Made by a program: the position numbers and the translations under genes
The notes under the pieces: generated by a model
The model's input: only the letters and a program-made list of their open reading frames with translations
Databases searched by the model: none
Told to the model about the DNA's origin: nothing
Part shown: positions 19,614-31,600 of the stretch, in pieces
Position numbering within the stretch: position 1 is the stretch's first letter
How the letters are laid out: each line of letters begins with the position of its first letter
Assembly: GCF_964188315.1 (NCBI RefSeq)
Contig: NC_135656.1
Location: 120,714,001-120,778,000, forward strand
Source of the DNA: Podarcis muralis
Taxonomy: Eukaryota
Reading direction: 5' to 3'
DNA: 64,000 nt

Positions 19614-19697
19614 CAGATAGGTAGCCGTGTTGGTCTGCCATAGTCAAAACAAAAAAATATTCCTTCCAGTAGCTCCTACTGGAAGGAATATTTTTTT
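19614..19697. mobile_element. 84-bp Penelope-like fragment with fold-back end and 12-bp TSD (units 2-4)
   Basis: TSD cttttaagttta; ends in a perfect hairpin aaaaaatattccttccagtag-ctc-ctactggaaggaatatttttt; empty site at ~1341. Confidence 0.78.
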
Positions 19698-20197
19698 CTT
19701 TTAAGTTTAGTCAGGAGTGTGTCTGGATATAACTGAAGATTCTTTCTACCCTCTGCAAGGCAGGGTGTGTTTGAAGTTTCAACACTCCAGGTGTTACAAG
19801 TCACAAGAACATTATTTTATTCTTCTTGTAAACCACTCTGAGAGGTTTTTGTGTCGAACAAGCAGTATATAAATTGAGAAATTGAGAATTGGAGAAATGA
19901 ATCATTTTGCCATTTCTGGGGCTTACAGACTGCCTTTTATACATCAGTGTAGAGGTATACAAATTAAAAATGAAATGAAATATTTCCTTTTAGTTTTGTA
20001 AAGGAATGTTAACAGAGAATATTTATTCAACACACACATTAAATAAACAATGGCATTTTTCACTGACCTGGCTGCATTTGGAAATATTTAATATAGAGGT
20101 CAATTTCATGTAGGTGCATATATGGGCATCTTAGAGGGCTTGTATTTATGCTTACTGTATCCATAATGTGAACTGATGGTGACATTCCATTATTCAT

Positions 20198-20241
<44 letters not shown>

Positions 20242-21365
20242 TCTTTGTGGAATTTGCAATTATTTATTTTTCATGCAAATAAATCACCTTCCTGAGAAAT
20301 TGTATGAGCAGAGGCAATAAATATACAAACAAATATCAGAAGCACAAACACACATAAGAAGGCAGGAAGAATCATAGAATTGTAGAGTTGGAAGAGACCC
20401 CAGGGGGTCATCTAGCCCAACACCCTGCAATGCAGGAATGCCTGCTGGATCAGGCCAGTGGCCTATCTAGTTTTCACGGTGGAAGCCCGCAACCAGGAAC
20501 TAAGTTTGTTTGTCATTGGCATCCGTCTAACTCGAAAGACAATGGAGTGGCCTTGCAGGGGTGAAGTCAAACTGCTGCAATAGCAGCACTGAAGTGACCT
20601 CCCAAAGCAGCATCTGTGCACACGCGGGTTGATTTCGGTGCTTCTGTGCATGCGCAAAGTGCAATTTAGCGCTTCTGCGCATGTACAACCGCCGAAACCC
20701 GGAAGTCACCTGTTCCGGTACTTCCAGGTTCCGGTGGTCTGCAACCCGAAAAAACGCAACCTGAAGCGGCTGTAACCCGAGGTATGACTATAATAACAAT
20801 ATGATTCTAAGGTTTGTCCACTGTGTGAGCTATTTTATGCTTAGTGACAGAGTCACTGTGGCTGAAGCTTCTGACTTAAACTTCAGCTTAGTTGGTAGAG
20901 CTCCAGGCGTCAGCAAACTTTTTCAGCAGGGGGCCGGTCCACTGTCCCTCAGACCTTGTGGGGGGCCGGACTATATTTTGGAAAAAAAATATGAATGAAT
21001 TCCTATGCCCCACAAATAACCCAGAGATGCATTTTAAATAAAAGCACACATTTTACTCATGTAAAAACACGCTGATTCCCAGGCCGGATTTAGAAGGCGA
21101 TGGGGCCTGATCCAGCCCCCGGGCCTTAGTTTGCCTACCCATGCTCTAGACTCTTAATCTCAGGGTTTTGGGTTCAAGCTCCATCTAAGGCAAAAGATTC
21201 CTGCATTGCAGTGGGTTTGACTAGATGACCCTAATGGTCCCTTCCAACTCTGCAATTCTTAGTAAGAGCAGTTCAACAGCGGACTACCTGGGAATGTTAT
21301 GGATTGCTTCCATGGAGGTTTATAAGCAGAGGCTGGATGGCCCTCTGTCATGGATGCTTCAGCTG

Positions 21366-21708
21366 TAAAGGTAAAAGGTAAAGGGACCCCTGACCGTTAG
21401 GTCCAGTCGTGACCGACTCTGGGGTTGCGACGCTCATCTCACTTTACTGGCCGACGGAGCCGGCGTACAGCTTCTGCGTCATGTGGCCAGCATGACTAAG
21501 CCGCTTCTGGCGAACCAGAGCAGCGCACGGAAACGCCGTTTACCTTCCCGCCGGAGCGGTACCTATTTATCTACTTGCACTTTGACGTGCTTTCGAACTG
21601 CTAGGTTGGCAGGAGCAGGGACCGAGCAACGGGAGCTCACCCCGTCGCGGGGATTCGAACTGCCAACCTTCTGATCGGCAAGCCTTGGCCTCAGTGGTTT
21701 TTAGACCA
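21366..21708 (-). mobile_element. Sauria SINE, unit 2
   Basis: Orthologous position; cagctg duplication. Confidence 0.9.
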
Positions 21709-23597
21709 CAGCTGAGATTCCTACATTGCAGTGGGTTGGACTAGATGACCCTTGGTGACCCCTTCCGATTCTATGATTGAAAGAGCCAGGGGGTAGTGCA
21801 GGACCTGGGTTCAAATCCTCACTCTCAGCCCTACCTACTTCACAGGGTTGTTGTTGGTGATTAAATGTGAAAAGCCCTGCATGCCAACTTTTTTGCTTCT
21901 TGGTGGAAAAGGCAGGAAATAAATAAATAAAATAAAATAAAATAAAATAAAATAAAATAAAATAAAATAATAAATAAAGACAGACCCCCCCCCAAGTGCG
22001 GTCTGCAAATGGTACCTGAGCCCAACACCCCTCTCCCCATCTGCAATTCCTGGCAACTGACATTCACAGAATCATCGGATTGCAGCGTTGGAACCAAAGG
22101 CTCATCTAATTCACCCCCCTACAAGAAGCTCCTTGGATGGGAAAAAAAAGAGAAGTGAATTAGATAAATGCAATAAACAAACAGTACAAAAAATAAAAAA
22201 ACGTGCTCAGGATATGAAAACTAGCCGGAGGCGTTAAACTCTCTCAATTCTCCCGCTTTGATCCGAACAAGGTCAAAGCTCTCCATTCCGTGGTTGGGGG
22301 TGGGGGTAGGAGAGGGGGCGACGACTTGGGAGGTCGCCACGCCTCCTGCCCTGCAACGACCCCACCCTTCTTTTCGGCAGCCGTGACTATTTATACCCTT
22401 AGTTTGCAAAGCTTTCTCACACGCGTTTGCGGGGTCGAGGAGAGATCGCTGTCTTTTCTTCTCTGGGGAACGTGTGGATTACTGTACTGGAAATCATCCG
22501 GCTTCCAGCAGCGCCCCTTTGGCTACAGAGAGTAGGATCGTCTGCCTAAAACCCTGAGGTTGGTTCCTTTTTACAATTGCTATGAAGTCTTTTTTCCTCA
22601 AATTGCCCACGCAGCCAAATTTAGCTTAAACCGCTCGGTTGTGCTGGGTTTAAGCGAAACAGGGCTGCAGCGGCGATTTGAGAAACACAATTGCGCACTG
22701 TAAACACGTTAACGCATTGGCAGGATTTTAAGAACACTTGTAATTTTAGTAATAACAAATTTAGTTGGTCTCTAAGGTGCTACTACTGGAGGGATTTTTT
22801 ATTATTATTATTTTGCTTCGACTACGGCAGACCAACACGGCTACCTACCTGTAACTTGTAATTTTAGGGACACTATAGAAAATCTGAAGGAAAAATAAGA
22901 TATGCAGTAGAAAAAAATATGGTAAAGGAACCAGGAGAGGGGGGGAGGAAAGTCACGGGATTCAGGGAATCCCGGGGGGGCGGGCGGTTTAATATTGCTT
23001 TAGTATATTTTTGTATTTTTCATTTTTGTTACTGTGTGTTTTTATTCTGTATAAAACCTAGTAAAATGTTATATATTTTCGCATTACGAAAGGTAGTCCA
23101 AAACATACAGAGGGCAAGCCGATGCAGTTATTTGAAATTATGTTCTGCAAATAACAGCATCGGCTTGCCCTTTCGATGACTGCGACTACCTTTCGTAATG
23201 CGAAACCTCCAGAGGTCTAGCAACTTGGCGTGCGCTCCCGTTGACGCAGGGATTTGCTCCCGGGAAAAGCGGAGTGTGTGTGGCTCTGTCCCAATTGATA
23301 GATCCGATCTTTAAAAATCAAATAGAGATGGGAGTAGCGGGATTGGGGGCCTGGACAGAGAGGTGAGTTTTCTGAAAACTTTTGCCGGCAACCAGAAACT
23401 CTTTTCTCTCTCTCCCGACACCGCCGTCGCCAAAAAGGGATGTTTGGCACGTTGGGGAACCAGGGGCGGACTGCATTGCAAGAAGGGTCAGTGGCGCAGC
23501 ATATGCCGTCGCTGCCCAGGGCAGGCGCGTTCCCAAGGGGCGCGGGGGGCGCGCTCCGAGGAGCGCGGAGAGTGCGCTCCCAGGCGCGGGATAGCCG

Positions 23598-24012
23598 CGC
23601 GCGCGCACCCACCGATCCGGCTTCCTTCCCGCTCTCTCCCTTGCTTGCTTGCCTGCCTCCTCCAGCTCTGAGCGCGGGGCAATTGCGCACCGCCTGCCCG
23701 TGACTCCCGCGCCTACAGTCAGGGGAAGGCGAGAGCTGCTGCTGCTGCGCGCTCCCGGCTGGGGAAGGCAGGCAAGCAAGCAGGACGGGAAGGAGACGCG
23801 CGCGCACCCATCAATCCGGCTTCCTTCCCGCTCTCTCCCCTGCTTGCTTGCCTGCCTCCTCCAGCCCTGAGCGCGGGGCAATTGCGCACCGCCTGCCCGT
23901 GACTCACGCGGCTACAGTTCAGGGGAAGGCGAGAGCTGCTGCTGCTGCGCGCTCCCGGCTGGAGAAGGCAGGCAAGCAAGCAAGCAAGCAGGGGAGAGGA
24001 CGGGAAGGAAAC
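23598..24012. repeat. GC-rich VNTR, 2 x 199 bp
   Basis: Recurs at 23601 and 23800. Confidence 0.95.
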
Positions 24013-27000
24013 GGGCAAAGCGGCACAGCAGCAAGAAGCTGTAAAAATGTGCGTTTGGAAAGCGGGGAGGTGCGCACAAATGCGAAAGCCCTGGGGAAAA
24101 ATTTGTCTGCAATCACGGGCTTATTCAGGATTTTTGTTTGCTATGCGTTTTTCTTGCTTGGGTTCGGGCAGCTGCCCCCCCCCCCCACGCCGGCTGCGCC
24201 CATGCATGCAAAAGATTGTGAGGTTGAAAAGGAAATGCTTCAGGGAAACCTCTGCACAACGACAGCCCTTCGGCCCCCCCTCGCTCATGCACGCCACCTA
24301 TCTAGGCTCTGTTTCTCGCTCTTTGAAATCTTAAGACATGGGCAGGCAAACTTAAGGCCCAATTGCCTTCTAAATGCGGTCCCGGAATCGGCGTATTTTT
24401 ACATGAGTAGAATGCGCAGTTTTATTTAAAATGCATCTCTGGGTTATTTGTGGGGCATAGGAATTCGTTCATTCCCTCCCCCCCCAAATATAGTCTCCCC
24501 CCCCCCAGGGTCTGAGGGACAGTGGACCGGTCCCCTGCTGAAAAGGTTTGCTGACCCCTCTCTTAAGATGTTCTGCCCTTGAACCCGGAGAAACCCCTTT
24601 TGCAACCCGTTGGGAGAAAACTGAATGGGCAACTTTCAATTAGAAGCAGGGAAGAGCTTTGCTCCCACCTCCCTTTAGAGCTATTTCATAGTCAACTCCC
24701 CCTCCATCAAAGGCATGAACCCTTCTCATGATACTATATTCCCATCCTGACTTTTAAACATGCTAGTGTCCATTTTTATTACTCCAGTTTGTATCCAACT
24801 AAGAACAAGTAGTTCTTGGGTTTCTTAATTCCAGCAGGTCTCCTCTGAGTAAACCTGCTGAAATTAAGAAACCTATGAACTTCTGTGGGGCCTACTCTGA
24901 GTAGGACTAGCATTGGGCACAACGCCATATTTTTACGTTAGCTGCAAATTGCTTTGGCACTATTATTATTTATTGCGTAATGGGAGGTTATGTGTGCCTG
25001 TGTGTGTAAGTGTAAACACAAAATATATACACAGCTCGAGTGTGTAAAACAAACTAACTTGTAGAGGTACCTTGGTTTACAACCATAATCTGCTCCGGAG
25101 GTCTGTTTGTAAACCAAAACAGGTTGTAATCCAAGGCATGCTTTCGCCAATGGGGCCTCCAAATTTTTTTCCTCGTAATAATAAAAAAAGGGTTGTAATC
25201 CAAAAAAAGGTTGCAAACTGGGACACGCACTTCTGGGTTTGACGTGTTTGTAATCCAAAACGTATGCAAACCAGACTGTTTGCAAACCCAGGTACCACTG
25301 TAGTTAAAAGCAAATATTGAAAACATTCAGAGGATTAAAATCCAGGGCAGTTAGTAAGAAAGGAAACACTTCTACATGTCAGGATTACATGGTGTGTTAC
25401 AGAAATTAATGGAAAAATTCTAAAAATTTGTTGCCCCCCCCCCCCCCCCGCTAAATGCATTACACATAAAGTTAAGGGAGAAAAAGAGATGTTCAACAAA
25501 TGGTTTTCCTCTGAGGTAAAGTTAAATTAGCTCTAGAAATGTACTGCAAAAAACCAGTCATTTTTATCTTTCTTTATTAAAAAAATAAATGTCTGGATAG
25601 GCTTGCCTAAACAAAAATGTTTTAAGTGGGTGCTGAGAATAATACAGCGAGGATGCCTGTTTGGTGTCAATAGACAGGCAGTTCCAAAGTTTAGGTGTTA
25701 CCACACACTGCATCAACTTAGCACCTCTTTTTGCTCACCTGTATTTAAATTGTTCTATGTATATTTTTGGGAGGGGCCATTGGTCAGTCTCATCTGGGGT
25801 GCAGTTGTCTGGGGTTGCAGGGGGCGACTGGGTGGTAGACCCATTACGTTTTGGGGAGCAGGGTCCCTAAGACAGCATCCCAGGAGCCCCAAAAGCGACT
25901 TCTGCCTCACCACTGCAAAGTGCTGGTGCTATTTGTCCTCTTAGTAGCTAAATAGGTGCTTATACGCAGACTCACTGCAAAACATGGTCTGGAGCTTCAT
26001 TAACTGCAAACCCTGAAATTTGGGGGCCCCTCCAAACTGGTGCCAAAGTTTTGCAATCCTTTCTCACTGCCCCTGAACCGTTTAATTGACTTGCCCCTGG
26101 TTCATAGTAATACATCAAACTGGGATCGCTAGAACAGGCATAGGCAAACTCGGCCCTCCAGATGTTTTGGACATCGGGTTTATTTGTTTAGATTTACAGA
26201 TTATAGCCATCATCCCTGACCGCTGGTCCTGCTAACTAGGGATCATGGGAGTTATAAGTTCTGTGTTTTTAAAAAATGTTCTTTTTTCACATCCAGACAC
26301 TTAATAATGTTACGCCATTCTAAATTTCAATCACACCACAGTTGCCTGTTCTGTAATGTGAAAGGAAGGTTAGAAATGTAGATCCTGCCTTGTTTAGTGT
26401 TGTAGCACCTACTCTACTTGCCTTCTGATCAAGCGCTTTTACGGCTTAGAAGTTGAGGGAATTTTAATAAGTTTTAGGTTTTTCAAAAAAACGTTTCAAA
26501 ATACAATGGGGTTCCCTCCCTTGATGTTACAGTATTATCTTTTTTAAATTGATTTGAGGCTTTTAAAAAGCACACACAAAAAACCCAAGCGGTATAGAAA
26601 TTCTATGAAATAAATTAATGCTATATTTCCAATAGTTTCTGAAACAGTGCCATGACCACACATGTTTCCTATTTCTGATGTGAGGCTTTTGCTTGTGGAA
26701 GGAAGTGCAGCAACAGGAAAAATTTGTGTGTGTGTGTGGGGGGGGAAACACATGGTTTGGAGAAGAGTAAGTGACAAACTTGCAGAGAATAAAATCAACT
26801 TTTCTGCAAATCATCTGCATCTTGTTGTGAGTTGTAATCCCTATGAGGTCCAAAAGACCTTGGGGATCAGTACAGAACCTGCGGGTTCTGACTTGGGAAA
26901 TAAGGATCTTCCAGCAACTTGGATGAATCCAAAAACTACAGTGCACATTTAAGCTCATACAAATTGCCTTCCATTAAATTTCAATGGGTGCTTCTATTGA

Positions 27001-27089
27001 AAAGCAGTGATTGATTTTCTCTCTCTTTCTCTCCCTCCAGAAAAAACTAGACTTTGCTGGATTGCATCACAGTGACGGCCTCTTGCACA

Positions 27090-28697
27090 ATGGGCAACCT
27101 GCAGAATAAGATGGAGAGGACAAACGAAAGGAACTGGTTGGGACCACAGTTCAGCATGAAAGAGGCATGGAGTGGTTCCCAAAACCCTATGGAAGAATCT
27201 CCACTGGAGCCTTCCCAAGAGGATGATAAGAATTTCGTCCTGGCATTGGAGAGCAGCATGGAAGAAGAGAAGGAACCGTCCAGTTCTGACGTGCTGAACT
27301 TGCCGCTTCCAGCGCAAGCAGAAGCACATTGTGTCCAGGTTCCCCTGAACAGCACCCCAGGCGAGGTCCCAAAGCTGCGTAGAAGCAGGCGCCTCCTAAG
27401 ACAGTCCTCCTCCACGTCCCTTGAGCCAGAGGACACCACCACTATGGAGCCACCAGCAAAAAGGCAGAGGATCTCTTTTGTGTGGAGATACTTCACGACA
27501 ACAAGTAAATTTGTGGTCCAGTGCCGTGTCTGCCATAGGGCCGTTCGCCTTGGGAGGCCTGATGGTTGCCAACTGGTGGGAACCACTGCAATGCACAGTC
27601 ACATGATGCGAAAGCACAGAGACGTCCTTGACAAGGCGTCAGAAAGTGGCAAGAGTGCATCTTCCAGGCCTCGAACCCGGTCTGTCTCAGGCACCTTGAG
27701 GTCTCACTCCGCTCTTAACGAGGTAGCAGGAAGTGGCCAGATGACACCCTCCAGGCCTCACACTCGGTCCATGTCAGGCAGTTCTAGATTGCAGTCCACT
27801 CCGCCGACCTGTGTGGCATGCCAGCCAATGGAAGTCACTTTGCTAGAGAGCAACAGCAGCCAAGATTTTGAGTCCAGAGATGGCAACACTTTGCTGGTAC
27901 CGGAGGACTGTGCAAAGGAAAGGGCACTACCAGGACTCAAGGAAGGAGGAGCCTCTGGCTTCAAAAGGCCCCAAAAGAACCCACTTCAAAAGGTTGCATG
28001 CAACATGGAACCATCAGCCCATCGTGGGGAAACGTCTTTTGTGTGGAAACTCTTCGCCAAGGATGCCAATAGCAAATTTGCGGCCCGTTGCAGTCAAACT
28101 GTTAGTCTTGGGAAGCCCAGCGGCTGCCAGCAGGTGGGAACCACCACAATGAACAGCCACCTCATGAAATGGCACAGAGATGTGGCTGACAAGGCCGAAA
28201 GAAGCAGCAGTACAACACGCTCCTTCCCTCCTAGGCAGAAAGAAAAGGCAAATGACCGGCTCTGTGGAGGAAAGATGGAAGAGCTAGGCTCTGTGGCAAC
28301 TGACGCAGGGGAAAGAGCAAGGGTGGCTCCTCACTTTGTCCAGGCGAGGGACAGTGTGGCAGCCTCAAAGAGAACCACACAGGAGATCCTGGGCGAGGAG
28401 GACGTCCTTGGCTCTGACGCTCGGCGCCAACGTTTCAGGCATTTCCGCTACCAGGAGGCCGAGGGGCCCCGAGAGGTTTGCAGCCAATTCCACCGCCTCT
28501 GCCAACAGTGGCTGAAGCCGAGGAGACTCACCAAGGCTCAGATGCTGGACCTGGTGATCCTGGAGCAGTTCCTGGCTGCCCTCCCCCCGGAGATGCAAAG
28601 CTGGGTCAAAGATTGTGGGCCGGAGACCAGCGCCGAGGCAGTGGCCCTGGCTGAAGGTTTTCTCATGAGCCAAGCGGAAGACCAGAAGGAGGCTGAG
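27090..28697 (+). CDS. Copy 2 coding exon 1 (BED, BED, SCAN)
   Basis: Homologous to 9986-11587 with a 6-nt in-frame insertion (QSSSTSL). Confidence 0.92.
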
Positions 28698-31600
28698 GTG
28701 AGAGACTGTTTTGCTCTGGTAATTCCGAGGCCCTAAAATCCTTTATTTGCATTTGGATTCACTGCCTCGCGAAGTGCTGATCAATCTTCTAGCTGATAAA
28801 TTAGACCCTCTCAGGTGCTGAGATCTGCAGATGGGGCCCTCTTGGTAGTCCTGCACCCTCAGAGGTTTGGTGGGTGGCAGAAGGCCTTCTCTGTGGTGGC
28901 CCCTAAGCTGTGGCACTCCTTCCCCACAGAGGCACATCTGGTACCTACATTATACGGCTTCCAGCGAATGCTGATGACGCTCATTTTTACCCTGGCTTTT
29001 GAGGTGTATGCTTTTAGGACTCTCCTTACTTCTATGAATCCAATTTTTGAATTGTTTTTAGTATTGTGCAACCTGCCCTGGGACCTTAGAGTGAAAGGGA
29101 GGGTAAATAATAATTATTAATAATGATGATGATACTGTATTGGCCCGAATATAAGCTGCTCCCTTCCTCGCTTTCTCCCTTCCCGGCCTTGGGGGAGAGG
29201 ACGGGGGACTACGCGTGGGACAGGCACCACTTTGCTGTGCTGCATACTGGATAATTTTTGTAAGGTCGTGAATATAAGCTGCACTTTTAACTTTTCACGG
29301 TCGGAATTTGGGGGGAAAGTGCGGCTTATATACGGGCCAATACGGTAATAATAACTTAATACTTGAACATTGATTCATCTTGCGTTATTTAATGGCACCC
29401 CTGGCCTTTGCCTGACCTGTTTCCCGTCTCTCTCTCTCTCTCTCTCTCTCTCCCCCACACACTTTCTTGCATGGGTCCCTATCTCAGGCGCAGGAGATGC
29501 CATCCACAGCAACCTCACGTTGCATGGAGACAGAGAACACCCTCCCAGGTGCCACCGAGAGGCCGCTCTTCAGGGAGATCAAGCAGGAGGCTGACATGGG
29601 CACCACCTTTCTGGGTAAGGACCATAACGGAGCAGGCTTCAACATAGTCTCTCCTTCTCTTGACTATGCCTGGATCCTGTGGTTAAATTACGGAGCCTAA
29701 AACGCCTCCCCGTTTTCTTTGTCTTCTCCGTAGGATGTCGAACAACGTTTGGAGACACCGAGATGGCCCCAGAGGTTCCTTCTAGGCCTCCTCCTCTTTG
29801 TGGTGGACTGGAAATGGCTTCTGCTCAGTTGGAACAGGTACGGGGTGGGTGGAATCGTTGGGGAGACGGTTGGAATCACCCAGTGAGAGGTGTGGGATTT
29901 GATGGGACATCCTCCTTTCAGGCTCCCGTGTCCCTTGAGGAGGTGGCAGTGCATTTCAAAGAGGATGAACGGGCTCTGCTGGATCCGGGCCAGAGAGCGC
30001 TGCACAAAGAAGTCATGGAGGAGAATTATGCGAGTCTGGTATCTCTAGGTAAGGCTCCTCCTTGGTTTTGGCTGATAGATCCTGAAAGCAGGAATAGTTG
30101 CTGCTCTTTGTATGCGGCAGTGCATTGTGGGAAACGTCACGGCGTGTGACAGTAGCTGACAGGGCCTTTAGTGTGGCAGTCTCCACCCTGCCTTCTTTCA
30201 GGCGTCTACATAGCTGTCAACATTTCCTTTTTATTGCGAGGAATCCTATTCGGAATAAGGGAATTTCCCTTTAAAAAAGGGAAACGATGACAGCTATGTC
30301 TCTCTTAAAAACTTTAAAAACAAAAAAATTTCCTTCAAGTAGCACCTTAAAGACCAACTAAGTTAGTTCTTGGTATGAGCTTTCGTGTGCATGCACACTT
30401 CTTCAGATACACTGAAACAGAAGTTGCCAGATCCTTCTATATAGTGAGAAGGTGGGGAGGGGTATTACTCAGAAGGGTGGTGGGAATGGGTGATTGGCAG
30501 ATAGCTGTGATGAGCCTGTTGACAACCCTTAACGACTGCAATAGATCTTTAGTTGGTCTTTAAGGTGCTACTGGAAGGAATTTTTTTTGTTTTGACTATG
30601 GCAGACCAACACGGCTACCTATCTGTAACTGTTAAAACCTTTACTTTTTAGTTACCTCTTTACAATATGGATTCCCCCCCCCCCTTCAGCCAGCTAGTAT
30701 CTGTTGCTCTTTTACTGATGTTTGCAAACACGTTTTACAGATATTTATTTTCATTATTTTCAAGTTTATTTATACTTTTCAAATTTCAACATTTCATTAA
30801 TTTCGCAATCATTTCAACATTTCAAAGTTTGGCTTCCTCCGCCCCCCCCCCCTTCTGCAGTTCCTTAAATTTATTTTTTTAATATCTTCTGCATATCCAA
30901 ACTCATTTAATTTGCTCATTTAATTATCTACTTTAAATACAAACTCGAATGAAACTGCAGGTTATTGCAGTAATCCTGCCAATGTTTTTATCTGTTTGCA
31001 ATTTATCTGTAAATATTCACTAAGCCATTTCCATTCTTTTATAAAAAGTTTATCTTGATTTCTTATTCTTCTGGTAAATGTCGCCATTTCTGCATAGTCC
31101 ATAAGTTTTTGCATCCTTGCTATTGTAGTCGCATACATAAATAAATTTCTATACAATTTAGGTAGTTCTGTCCCTAAATTCCCAAAAGAGAAGGGTTTTT
31201 TGTTGTTTTTTTTTACAAAGGTTATTTTGAACATCCTCTTCAATTCATTATATATCATTTCCCAGTAAGCTTACTGGCTTACCATTTTACAGATATTTAT
31301 TGACAGATTTAATTGAATTTATGCCACGAGCTGCCTTGATATATGCTATGAAAGTGCAAATCAAAAAAATTCAAATAAATAAATAGTCAGTTAAATAAGC
31401 TCTGGCCCCATCCAAGCTATACATTTAAGACAGCATTACAGTGGTACCTCGCAAGACGAACGCCTCGCAAGACGGAAAACCCGCTAGACGAAAGGGTTTT
31501 CCGTTTCGGAGGCGCTTCGCAAAACGAATTTCCCTATGGGCTTGCTTCGCAAGACGACAGCCCATAGGGAAATCTCCGGGACAGCGGGGAAGCGCAGCGC

